Shown one piece after another: positions 54,945-63,161 of a stretch of DNA of 64,000 bases. Under the pieces are notes generated by a model. The model ran no database searches and was not told the DNA's origin. It saw only the letters and a program-made list of their open reading frames with translations. The position numbers and the translations under genes were made by a program. The DNA comes from a virus: IMG/VR virus record IMGVR_UViG_3300002460_000021, positions 1-64,000 of that record; one strand, given 5' to 3'. How positions within the stretch are numbered: position 1 is the stretch's first letter; each line of letters starts with the position of its first letter.

Positions 54945-55326
54945 AATTAATCATTCCTATTAAATGTGGGCCGGGCGAGAAAGAAACCCAGTAAGCACGA
55001 TGGCCGCAGCTCGAGCAATAATGGTGCCCTATTTGCCATAACGTCGTAACGGCGGAAACCGGGCTAATCTTATGGCAATTACACAGCGGGCAGACTAAAT
55101 CGCGCTCACACTGCCGCGCACGCTTCTGGTTACAGGCGTAACAAGCTAGCACGGCACTGCGCCACTGGCCGCCTCTAGATAAAGGCGGCTCGTGATCAAT
55201 GGTTGCCGAGCTGAAAGTCAAATCACAGCCGCACCAATAACACGGCACGACTTTAACCGCGCCAAATGTCTTAAACCAAATACCGTTCTTTAATCCTCGG
55301 CGTCTTTTACAAGATGGTCTAGGCAT
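54919..55326 (-). CDS. HNH endonuclease-like protein with second Zn ribbon
   Basis: CYWCG...TIDH..PLSRGG...LACYACNQKR. Confidence 0.75.
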   Translation of the reverse strand: MPRPSCKRRRGLKNGIWFKTFGAVKVVPCYWCGCDLTFSSATIDHEPPLSRGGQWRSAVLACYACNQKRARQCERDLVCPLCNCHKISPVSAVTTLWQIGHHYCSSCGHRAYWVSFSPGPHLIGMINYEWLGLPI

Positions 55327-55341
55327 GACACAATCCTCAAA

Positions 55342-56175
55342 TCATACGTCGTCAAGAGCGTAGCGCGGCAATGAGCGCATAAGACCGTAAGTAGCCGAGG
55401 CGCGTATTCCCTGCCGCGCCTTGACGAGTCTCATAAATTTAGACGGCCTACAAGTCATTAGATGCCGCGGATACCTCATAACACGCCCAACAAACCACGC
55501 CAGTTTCCACGGACAAAACTCAATATCCGGATATTCCCTGGTTATGAATACATCACCAAACCAGTGTGGTAGTTTTACGTCGCGGCCTAGCAGCATAAGG
55601 CCCACGCGCCTTACCGACCATGCGCTCTTATTAACTGGCTCAGCAACTAGCTGCAAATAGCCGGCAGCCGGTTGCAGCGCAGATGTGCGACAGTGCCACC
55701 TTTTTCTATCAGATTTAAGCATTTGCTTCAATGAAAGCCGCGCGTTACAGACGGAATCATGCAGCGAAGTCCTAAACCCATACAGCGTCAATGGTTCTAT
55801 GGAAGTAGCGTCTGACAATATATTAGAAAATCCACGGTAAACACGAACGACTTCCCGCCCATAACACCACGGACACACCGTAGTCTGATGACACCATCTC
55901 TTGTGGTGAGTCGATACGAGACCAATTGGGTTGCAGTAAGAGCAAGGATAGACGCCAAGTTTCCCAGTAATGGCCTGCCACTCCGAGTCGTATAACGTTG
56001 AAATACGCGTGCGCCACATTTTATGGACAATTCCCGTTAGTCGTTCGTGCTCGTGCCGCGCAGCCGGATCACTAGGCCACGGCACTTTTCCAGCCAGTGG
56101 CAGCAAGACCGCAAATCTGGCAGCCATGATCTCAGGCGTACAGAACAATCGGTTGATGATCAGGGGCTTAGACAT
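55342..56175 (-). CDS. Divergent Rep_1-like (rolling-circle initiator fold) protein
   Basis: C....VCPWC, LTL, G.....E, RY, and C-terminal GIRASATYGLMR; HUH histidines absent. Confidence 0.45.
   Translation of the reverse strand: MSKPLIINRLFCTPEIMAARFAVLLPLAGKVPWPSDPAARHEHERLTGIVHKMWRTRISTLYDSEWQAITGKLGVYPCSYCNPIGLVSTHHKRWCHQTTVCPWCYGREVVRVYRGFSNILSDATSIEPLTLYGFRTSLHDSVCNARLSLKQMLKSDRKRWHCRTSALQPAAGYLQLVAEPVNKSAWSVRRVGLMLLGRDVKLPHWFGDVFITREYPDIEFCPWKLAWFVGRVMRYPRHLMTCRPSKFMRLVKARQGIRASATYGLMRSLPRYALDDV
55522..55535. repeat. AATATCCGGATATT palindrome copy 11 (inside CDS, EYPDI)
   Basis: Exact match. Confidence 0.95.
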
Positions 56176-56199
56176 GACAAATTCCTCGGGGCTAACGCA

Positions 56200-57060
56200 A
56201 TAATAGCCGGCATAAGCAGAAAATCAAGCAAAACTTGGTGACCGTACTGCTAGATTACCTAAACTACCCAAACTACCTAAGCACAACTCTAGGTAATCTG
56301 GGTAAGATGGAAACTAGTGAAATATCAAAGACAAAGCGGATACGGTCGGTTTTTATTGGCGTAGGCGGCGAAGCCTCCAAAAGTGCAAATCTGCTGTAAA
56401 AATAGGCAAATACTGCGTATGTATAGTTTTGTATATTTTCAAAATTTTAGTGCTCATTTTTAGCAAAAAAGCCGACGTAACACATCTGACGATTGTTTCC
56501 ATACGTCCTACCAAAAGCGCTCAAAATTAGGCCCAAAATCAAGAATAGTCACTTTCTGCCATAACAATATAGTCATACACAAGTTATGGCAAAACATCGA
56601 GTAGCATACTTGAGATGTAGCTATTGATGTAACTCCTTATTAAATAAGTAGTTATATAAACCGACCAAATTGTACTAGCAGTTATTACCTAACTATAATT
56701 CTATATAGTTTGCGGTGCGCCGGAAGACGCGCACCTGAAGGCAAACTATATAGAATTATCCCTACGGGCATCTTCAGTTCGTTAGTCCCCTGTCAGTACC
56801 CGGCCTAACTTCACTTCGATGCCCGTGCGGGGTGGTAAGATTAAAAACACAAAACACCACTCTCAAAATAACAACGCCAGCTACCGAATATCGGTAACCG
56901 GCGTAATGGCATGTCCTCGTTATTAACACTATCCGTTTATTTAAATCAGGCTCGCTTAAAATAAACTTAAAACTAAAAAGTGATCTGAGCCTCGTCTATG
57001 CTCTTTAGAGGCCGGCTAATGCTAAATGGAGCGTTCGACCAGCAGCTCGTAATGAGAGGT
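56200..57060. other. AT-rich non-coding region with several inverted repeats; candidate replication origin or structured RNA
   Basis: No ORF of 60 aa or more within it; 19-bp perfect IR 56695-56713/56741-56759 with an inner 7-bp stem; further IRs and short direct repeats. Confidence 0.55.
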
Positions 57061-57070
57061 ATTATTTAGG

Positions 57071-57294
57071 TTAGCGCCTACAACCGCTCAATCGGGATAC
57101 TTTTCTAGGTGTTGAGCCACTATTACGTCTCAGTTCAGATATGCTGCAGTAGTGCGGTCGTTGTAAAGCTCTTGAATAGGAAAACGCTGTAGCCGTAATA
57201 CTTCCAGCCGCGATACTTGTAGCTCGATAACCAGATCATAAGCTGCGGTAGGGCCAGCAATATATCGCGGAAATCACAAATAAAATTTTAGCAC
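57071..57294 (-). pseudogene. Decayed Ser/Arg-rich microprotein
   Basis: GTG start out of frame with ...YRSL*SGYRATS...AFSYSR...SRLSGCRR; internal TGA at 57236-57238. Confidence 0.5.
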
Positions 57295-57301
57295 CTGCTT
57301 T

Positions 57302-57517
57302 CTACTTTCTACTTAGACCTACGACACGCTTACCGTGGCTAGCGCGCGACCAAGAACGATACCATTTCATCAAGTGGGATTTTGCCCCAGATAAGGCGCA
57401 CTGCTTGTGGCTCGTACCACGGCTACAAAAAGAAACGCTGTATTTAAAAGACTGTGGGAGTGGGCCGGATCTAGAAAACGAAGTCTGTTTATACACTAGT
57501 TTATTCAATAGCATCAT
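57302..57517 (-). CDS. Ser/Arg-rich microprotein (WYRSW subfamily)
   Basis: SFSRSG, YSVS, WYRSWS; TAATG coupling. Confidence 0.75.
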   Translation of the reverse strand: MMLLNKLVYKQTSFSRSGPLPQSFKYSVSFCSRGTSHKQCALSGAKSHLMKWYRSWSRASHGKRVVGLSRK

Positions 57518-57726
57518 TAGACTCGTCGGTTGGACGTAGTAGATCTAACAGCGGCACCGCGTCTAGTTTTTGTCCACGACCTATACCAGTTCGTAGTGCT
57601 TGACTGTGCTACGGAGCATTGCCGGGCAAACATTCTGATGGTTCGGCTACCAGAGATAGTAGTATTATGATAACAATATTTAGATTTAGGCCAGTTATGT
57701 GTGTGCACCGCATGAGGTAATAGCAT
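57517..57726 (-). CDS. Ser/Arg/Thr-rich microprotein (WYRSW subfamily)
   Basis: WYRSWTK..G.AVRST. Confidence 0.75.
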   Translation of the reverse strand: MLLPHAVHTHNWPKSKYCYHNTTISGSRTIRMFARQCSVAQSSTTNWYRSWTKTRRGAAVRSTTSNRRV

Positions 57727-57954
57727 TTAGCGCTCCAGTCTACACATCCTTATCGAGGTAGATCTAACAGCCGGGCCATAGCTGGACTTTGTCCATGGCT
57801 TATACTTACCCGTAGTCCTAGTACGTGAGATAGATCTTATTCTGCTACCGGGCCTGTCCCAATGTAAGCTATAGGATTCAATAGCCACCCGACATACCGA
57901 CGATGACCGGCAACAAGACCGACGCTCACTGTACAACGAGGTATACATCAGCAT
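57727..57954 (-). CDS. Ser/Arg-rich microprotein
   Basis: WTKSSYGPAVRST, paralogous to 57517-57726. Confidence 0.75.
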   Translation of the reverse strand: MLMYTSLYSERRSCCRSSSVCRVAIESYSLHWDRPGSRIRSISRTRTTGKYKPWTKSSYGPAVRSTSIRMCRLER

Positions 57955-57977
57955 GACTGACCTTTTCTCCTGCAGTC

Positions 57978-57991
57978 AATATCCGGATATT
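57978..57991. repeat. AATATCCGGATATT palindrome copy 12
   Basis: Exact; intergenic within the microprotein cluster. Confidence 0.95.
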
Positions 57992-58003
57992 GCCACTAGC
58001 AGC

Positions 58004-58234
58004 TTACTTTCGCGGGCTTGACTGAGATTTAACGTAACAAGCATTTGCTGCTCTTGAACTTGAATAAGATGCACTTTTAAATATGTTAGAACCTGTCACT
58101 CTACGTCTCAGGGCAGTAAGGGTAGAGCCATATAATGAACTACTGCGTCCGCTATAAGAGCCTACATACCTCTCTCGGCCACAAGATGTAGACCTTCTAT
58201 TGTCACATAGCAAACTACTTAACAACTTTAACAT
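58004..58234 (-). CDS. Ser/Arg-rich microprotein
   Basis: GSYSGRSSS, SASYSSSR; GGAG-like RBS. Confidence 0.7.
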   Translation of the reverse strand: MLKLLSSLLCDNRRSTSCGRERYVGSYSGRSSSLYGSTLTALRRRVTGSNIFKSASYSSSRAANACYVKSQSSPRK

Positions 58235-58238
58235 ACTG

Positions 58239-58613
58239 TCACTCTTCTCTTGCCTCTTCTACATTGCCAGATTTCACCGGCTTGTTGCCGCGCACCAGCC
58301 CACTGTCTAGCTGCTTCTTGGGCCCATCGTAATCAAAATGTGTTAGTGTATCTAAACAACACGGTATACCGAGGTCTGTAGCAAATTTAAGAGCCGCGGC
58401 AGCTAACCTAATAGCTGCCGCGGCTCCGTAGATCTCCGCACTTTCACCTTTCCTTAGACTAAGGCACATATCTTGCCAGTAACTATTTAAAGTTATCATG
58501 GCGTCTCGCGGACAAACGAACTCTACCGGCTCGCCGCTTTGCGTGCGCTGGTAGTCCAGCTGGCTGATGTGCTTGTGCGCGGTACGTGTAGCGCGAGCTA
58601 GGTCTAAGGCCAT
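58239..58613 (-). CDS. Hypothetical protein
   Basis: AAGGA RBS; upstream TTGACT-16-TACAAC at 58663-58690. Confidence 0.6.
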   Translation of the reverse strand: MALDLARATRTAHKHISQLDYQRTQSGEPVEFVCPRDAMITLNSYWQDMCLSLRKGESAEIYGAAAAIRLAAAALKFATDLGIPCCLDTLTHFDYDGPKKQLDSGLVRGNKPVKSGNVEEAREE

Positions 58614-58726
58614 AGGATATCATCCTTAACAGAAGAATGTAACGGTGTACGCCATTACTTCTGTTGTACCTTATATTTACAATCAGTCAAGTTAAATTAA
58701 GGCCGAGGATGAGTAATTTGCTCAAC

Positions 58727-59005
58727 TTAGTGATGTTGCTTCTGGAATGACATGCCGGTCTTAGGTATGTGCCTGTTTAACAATTCACTGACGGCGTCGT
58801 TGCCGCCGCGGCTCATGAGGCGTTCTCTGCCGTAGATCTTCCACGGATAGACAGCGTAGGTGTATGTCTTGACTAGCAAGTCTGTGATGACTATTTCAAA
58901 GTCGGTACGGCAGCCGTTGCAGCGACTTGAGCACAAATCTGGTTCGTTTGTCGCGTTAATCTCGAGTGACGCATTACAGAGCGGACAGTTAAACGCTAGG
59001 GTCAT
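58727..59005 (-). CDS. Zn-ribbon protein
   Basis: CPLC...CNGC. Confidence 0.6.
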   Translation of the reverse strand: MTLAFNCPLCNASLEINATNEPDLCSSRCNGCRTDFEIVITDLLVKTYTYAVYPWKIYGRERLMSRGGNDAVSELLNRHIPKTGMSFQKQHH

Positions 59006-59007
59006 TG

Positions 59008-59277
59008 CTACTCCGGTACATCTTCTAGAAGGGGAAAGAAGTACAACTTGCGCAATATTTTACAGATACTCGTCCAGTTGTGAGGCGCTTCCAGATCATA
59101 TGTCGGATCTAGTTTATGCGCCTGTTGCTCGTACGCGTACTCGCGGCAATCCTGGCATATCATAGCGGTGCGCTCAGTGTACGCAGCGCCTGCGTCGTCT
59201 TGTTTAACGCAATAGCGCGTTGGCATGTCCACACCGCAACCAAAGCACGGTTCGTCCGTCCAGGTTATCTGGCTCAC
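59008..59277 (-). CDS. Small Cys-pair protein
   Basis: CFGC...CQDC; GTGA coupling. Confidence 0.55.
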   Translation of the reverse strand: MSQITWTDEPCFGCGVDMPTRYCVKQDDAGAAYTERTAMICQDCREYAYEQQAHKLDPTYDLEAPHNWTSICKILRKLYFFPLLEDVPE

Positions 59278-59726
59278 TTCGGCTTCTTCCTCCTGGCCTT
59301 AGCCTCTTCAGCCCGCAGCTGTTCGAGGCTGCGCATACCTTCAGGTATCTTGAAGGATTTAACAATACGCTCTTTCTTGCGGCGCATCGGCTTGTCACCG
59401 GCCTTTACCGCAACCTTAAGCATCCATGGTTCAACAGCGATACACCTCAACCAGTCCTTAATCGTCGGGATGCGTCCGCAGTCTTCCATGACATGCTGCT
59501 CGCCAATAAATCGTACTGGTACGAGCTTGCCGTCAGAATTTTTAATGGTAACTCCAAACACACGTTCGCACTCAAATATACCTTCGGCGTGATGACGCAT
59601 TGCTCGGTGACGTATGTCCGGCATGTGTTCTTTAGAGGCGTCAAACCAGTTATGAACTGGCATATAGTCAGAAACACAACCGCCCCAGCGCTGAACGGAA
59701 GATAGGCTATGATGATACGGATGCAT
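59274..59726 (-). CDS. DUF6915-like His-rich protein
   Basis: HPYHH..SS..RWGG...DY...H.WFD.SK...D.RHRA.RHH.EGIF...EQHV.ED.G.IP. Confidence 0.7.
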   Translation of the reverse strand: MHPYHHSLSSVQRWGGCVSDYMPVHNWFDASKEHMPDIRHRAMRHHAEGIFECERVFGVTIKNSDGKLVPVRFIGEQHVMEDCGRIPTIKDWLRCIAVEPWMLKVAVKAGDKPMRRKKERIVKSFKIPEGMRSLEQLRAEEAKARRKKPK

Positions 59727-59737
59727 CTTACTCCTGT

Positions 59738-60436
59738 TTAAAAATAATAGTTTTCGCCTGACGCGGCTGAGCTAATGCAGTTGGCTTTATGGTTTATTGT
59801 TAACTGCGCCGCTTTGTCAGTTAACGAGAGTACAACCTCACCACTACTGCCCTCGCCATCCTGCCACCCGTCAGGCAATAACTCGTAAATCAAATTCTCG
59901 ATTGCTTTGACCAACGTTAAGCACAAGTCTGTAGTTGGCTCAGCGTATATATCTTCGATAGTGCCGTCGTCCCCACAGCCATGGTAGGACGCCATTACAG
60001 ATTCAACTTTTAGCTTTCGCAACTCTGTTAGTGTGTTGTTATAGTTGGCACCATCTAGCGTCGCCTGGTATGTTTCTGCATCGTCTTGATCCGTGTAATT
60101 CTCGTTATGTGCTAGGCTGGCCGTACGTTCGCTGATATCGAACGTTATGGTGCCAAATCCACCTTCGTTGTTCTCAAAACCCGCCGGCATTATTTCATAG
60201 GCCGCGTTTTCGACGATGTCGTTTATTCTTTTTGGCACGCGCACCGCGGGCTCATACACTACGTCTTCAATACCGCCGGAATCGCCGTATCCTTCATACT
60301 TAATAATTACATTCGTTACTCCGTGATCTTCTAACCAATTGCACGCAGAACCTAGTTCATTTAGAATCCTATCCCTCTTAATAGCCTGATCCTTTAGATA
60401 CTTGGAGTACCAATCCTCTACAGATGCTTTTGCCAT
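59738..60436 (-). CDS. Tandem double DUF6878-like domain protein
   Basis: Two repeats of Y.G.GD.G.IED...YE..P.G....EG..G. Confidence 0.65.
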   Translation of the reverse strand: MAKASVEDWYSKYLKDQAIKRDRILNELGSACNWLEDHGVTNVIIKYEGYGDSGGIEDVVYEPAVRVPKRINDIVENAAYEIMPAGFENNEGGFGTITFDISERTASLAHNENYTDQDDAETYQATLDGANYNNTLTELRKLKVESVMASYHGCGDDGTIEDIYAEPTTDLCLTLVKAIENLIYELLPDGWQDGEGSSGEVVLSLTDKAAQLTINHKANCISSAASGENYYF

Positions 60437-60454
60437 TTAGCGCCCCGTTATGAA

Positions 60455-60487
60455 CAGGGCCCGGCGTAGCAGCTACGCCGGGCCCTG
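60455..60487. repeat. Perfect 16-bp-arm inverted repeat (terminator or leader hairpin)
   Basis: CAGGGCCCGGCGTAGC-a-GCTACGCCGGGCCCTG. Confidence 0.8.
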
Positions 60488-60512
60488 CAACGCCCACCAT
60501 TAATTCAAAACA

Positions 60513-60737
60513 TTATCCTTGGCTTTCGCGCTGCATCTGCGCCGCGGCGTGCATACGCGACGCCTGCACCCAGTTCCACAGTTGATCGTACGTGGCGGTG
60601 TATTTCTGATGCGATCCCTTGGTCCAGATCTCTAGAACTTTCCCGCCTTCTTTAAGCTTAATCAGCAGGTTCTTGCCGGTACGTCCGTCGACCGCCGCCG
60701 TTTCACGCGCAACGCTTCTCGTCAATGCCGTAGCCAT
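60513..60737 (-). CDS. Hypothetical protein
   Basis: TAATG coupling, GGAGG RBS. Confidence 0.65.
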   Translation of the reverse strand: MATALTRSVARETAAVDGRTGKNLLIKLKEGGKVLEIWTKGSHQKYTATYDQLWNWVQASRMHAAAQMQRESQG

Positions 60738-61054
60738 TACCTTTCCTCCGGGCCATACACTTCGTGCTCAAAATCTTTCAAACCATACAGGCAAAGCTGA
60801 ACATTTTGGAAAACGCCCGGGCCGGCGTCCTGTAAGTTCCAGACAACTAGCGAATACGCAGATTTGTTACTATTAAGCGGTTTGTTCTTCGCCCTAATAA
60901 GGGCCTGTCGTACTTTTTCCGGCGTCATGTCATGCTGGGCGTCGCCGCTGAGTCCGCTAATTTTAACAGTGCGTTTTTCCCAATTAATCTCTAGCAAACC
61001 TACAGCACATTCGTCGAGAGCCTTATCAATGCACTGCTGACCTTTACTCATCAT
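60737..61054 (-). CDS. Hypothetical protein
   Basis: TAATG coupling. Confidence 0.6.
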   Translation of the reverse strand: MMSKGQQCIDKALDECAVGLLEINWEKRTVKISGLSGDAQHDMTPEKVRQALIRAKNKPLNSNKSAYSLVVWNLQDAGPGVFQNVQLCLYGLKDFEHEVYGPEER

Positions 61055-61743
61055 TACACCAGGGTTAGAGATAAGCGACGGCCGGTCTCAAATGTACGCG
61101 GCGCTGTAAAACAATACTGACAGCGTGAACATGTGACTTTAGTTTGTCGCGGGATCGCTTGTTCGTACGGACATACCAGGCTTCCGCCGGGGGTAAACCG
61201 CATGGGCGTTGCCTCCTTTTCACGGAAGACAAGATCGACCGGAAAGTCCGGTTGATCTGTGTCGTCAACGCTGAGGTAGGCTACGCGCACGCGTCTGGCC
61301 CGGGGCGGGCGGCCGGTATCGCGATCCGCTGAAAACCAAAGACGCACGTTGGGTTCGCGGCCCAGTTCCCGCAATAGCGGTAAGAGACCGGGTACGCGGT
61401 AGCTTCGAGTATAGGCATAGATAGTCACGTGGGGGCTGGCTCGTGCTATCTGTAGCCACTTCTTGATATATCGTTTGCTGAAGAAGTCGCCGGCGCAGTG
61501 TATCCGCAAGATACGGACACGTCGTTTAGCCAATTCCTGTAACATGCGCGGCACGAACGTACGTTTTCTGGTTCGTTCTAAGTTACGCTTTTGTTTATCT
61601 AGTACCCAGCTGGTTTTAAAGCGACCGCGTAGCGCGTAACAGATACTAGAGCAAAGTGGCGTAGCACCAGGACAAGTATGAAGGGCTGGGATACTAAAAG
61701 ACCATATTCTACTACCTAGCTTACTATTCCCTTTTGTCAGCAT
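61054..61743 (-). CDS. GP88-like (radical-SAM-like Fe-S) phage protein
   Basis: LTKGNSKLG, SFSIPA..TCPGA...C...CYA, RIH.AGDF, YAYTRS, CP...CSRCQYC. Confidence 0.75.
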   Translation of the reverse strand: MLTKGNSKLGSRIWSFSIPALHTCPGATPLCSSICYALRGRFKTSWVLDKQKRNLERTRKRTFVPRMLQELAKRRVRILRIHCAGDFFSKRYIKKWLQIARASPHVTIYAYTRSYRVPGLLPLLRELGREPNVRLWFSADRDTGRPPRARRVRVAYLSVDDTDQPDFPVDLVFREKEATPMRFTPGGSLVCPYEQAIPRQTKVTCSRCQYCFTAPRTFETGRRLSLTLV

Positions 61744-61978
61744 CGCTAATTCCTTTTCGCGTTTTACTTTCAATTACTGTATCGTTGATTGCTAGTGCCG
61801 CTAAATTATTTAATTCTGTGTCTGACAATGTTGCCAGATAAGTAGTTACAAGCGTGTGTAACCTGATATGTTCACGTACATAATCGTAGGCGCAGCGGTA
61901 TTTGTAGTGCTGATTATCCAACTTTAACCGCTCCTTCTCTGGGTAACACGGAGGCGTGATCCAGGCGCACTGGCTCAC
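61724..61978 (-). CDS. Hypothetical protein
   Basis: ORF track; start uncertain. Confidence 0.4.
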   Translation of the reverse strand: MSQCAWITPPCYPEKERLKLDNQHYKYRCAYDYVREHIRLHTLVTTYLATLSDTELNNLAALAINDTVIESKTRKGISDADKRE

Positions 61979-62171
61979 AGCAGTGAAGTAGTTTCACACG
62001 ATAGTTACCTTCTCGTAGAACAACGCCCCAGGCGTCGGGATGCAGGTTGCCCTGAATGGCCGCACGTACTATCGGACGCAAGTTCATCTCGTTAGGGTGG
62101 CCAGACGGCACGCTGTCTTCAGAGCCAGCGCCGCCAATAATCTCAACGTCTATGGATATTCTAAAAACCAT
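61914..62171 (-). CDS. Hypothetical protein
   Basis: ORF track. Confidence 0.5.
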   Translation of the reverse strand: MVFRISIDVEIIGGAGSEDSVPSGHPNEMNLRPIVRAAIQGNLHPDAWGVVLREGNYRVKLLHCCEPVRLDHASVLPREGAVKVG

Positions 62172-62192
62172 GCTATGACCCCCAGATCAATA

Positions 62193-62465
62193 TTAAACTG
62201 GTGTTGTGGGCGTGTTGGTAGTTGCTGGTAGTTTGTCGGCCACGTTAATTAACATTTTACCGATTTGTACAATCACACCACGTTGCGCGGCAGGAGACTT
62301 CTCCCTGCCGCATATCATGCCGGCAGGGAAGTCATTTTGACCGACCTCCCAGTCAGTCACTAGCACTAAGCTGCGCACTTCTGGACACGTTTCCATATTG
62401 GATAGCGCCCACTCTCTAAAACTATCTAGCAACTTCTCATAGCATACTGGCGCATGTTCGCTCAT
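62193..62465 (-). CDS. Hypothetical protein
   Basis: ORF track. Confidence 0.6.
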   Translation of the reverse strand: MSEHAPVCYEKLLDSFREWALSNMETCPEVRSLVLVTDWEVGQNDFPAGMICGREKSPAAQRGVIVQIGKMLINVADKLPATTNTPTTPV

Positions 62466-62473
62466 TAAGAGGG

Positions 62474-62770
62474 CTACTCCCTAAGTTTGTGATAAAGCTG
62501 CCATCCCGATATCGCTGCGCCGGGTATGTATATAACCCAGCGACTAAGCCAGCTATCGGCAGGAAGCCAGTACATAGGAACTTGCCAGAGAATAAACAGC
62601 GTAGCGGCAATCCAGAACGACATGCACAACGGGCATGCTAGTAGTTCGACCACCCACGAATCGCTGACCTCCAATCTTGCGCGGCAGGTCGCGAATAGGC
62701 TGCCATGAAACCAGACCATCATCACCCCACACGTGGCGAGCACCCAGAATAACAAATCTAGCGCAATCAT
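62474..62770 (-). CDS. Membrane protein with CPLC.SFW motif (DUF1360-like)
   Basis: LF...R....ELLACPLCMSFW plus TM helices. Confidence 0.55.
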   Translation of the reverse strand: MIALDLLFWVLATCGVMMVWFHGSLFATCRARLEVSDSWVVELLACPLCMSFWIAATLFILWQVPMYWLPADSWLSRWVIYIPGAAISGWQLYHKLRE

Positions 62771-62779
62771 AGTGCTAAA

Positions 62780-62801
62780 CCTCAATATCCGGATATTGAG
62801 G
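62780..62801. repeat. 22-bp palindrome containing AATATCCGGATATT (copy 13, 62784-62797)
   Basis: CCTCAATATCCGGATATTGAGG, overlapping a GC-rich hairpin at 62798-62827. Confidence 0.95.
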
Positions 62802-62869
62802 GGCCGGGTTACGTTACCCGGCCCCTCAGTTCTTACCTCTATAGTTTTATGCTTACGTTTACAGTAAAT

Positions 62870-63016
62870 CTAGGCTCTATTCACTACGTGCAGTAATGCG
62901 ACCATGGCAAATATTACCACTATCATTGGCAAGAAGTTACCATAATCAAATATACTGTAAATTGCGCTGCTGAGTATCATTAAAAATGCGAATACGCTAA
63001 ACGTACCAGATTCCAT
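62870..63016 (-). CDS. Small membrane protein, 48 aa (MESGTFSVFAFLMIL...)
   Basis: Manual translation; AGGAG RBS; two hydrophobic segments. Confidence 0.55.
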   Translation of the reverse strand: MESGTFSVFAFLMILSSAIYSIFDYGNFLPMIVVIFAMVALLHVVNRA

Positions 63017-63161
63017 TACTGGGGCTCCTGGCTGGCCCGCGGCCAAGTCAGGCAGTTTCCGTTCTTGACCGAGGGTTCGGCAAATATAGGGCCTTGCGGC
63101 ATTTCACAAGAATCCGTTACACTCATCCCTAGGCCTTACGGCATGGGAATTACGCTACGTA

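Noticed and set aside
11398-62708. Numerous plus-strand ORFs in the track (e.g. 32520-33290, 33585-34256)
   Set aside because: Antisense shadows of well-supported minus-strand genes with no recognisable motifs.
159-62797. Palindrome copies as a CRISPR array
   Set aside because: Only 14 bp, kilobases apart and irregularly spaced; no cas genes in the window.
63017-63161. Possible tRNA or structured RNA
   Set aside because: No cloverleaf, T-loop or CCA pattern that I could support by eye; no tRNA was recognised anywhere in the window.
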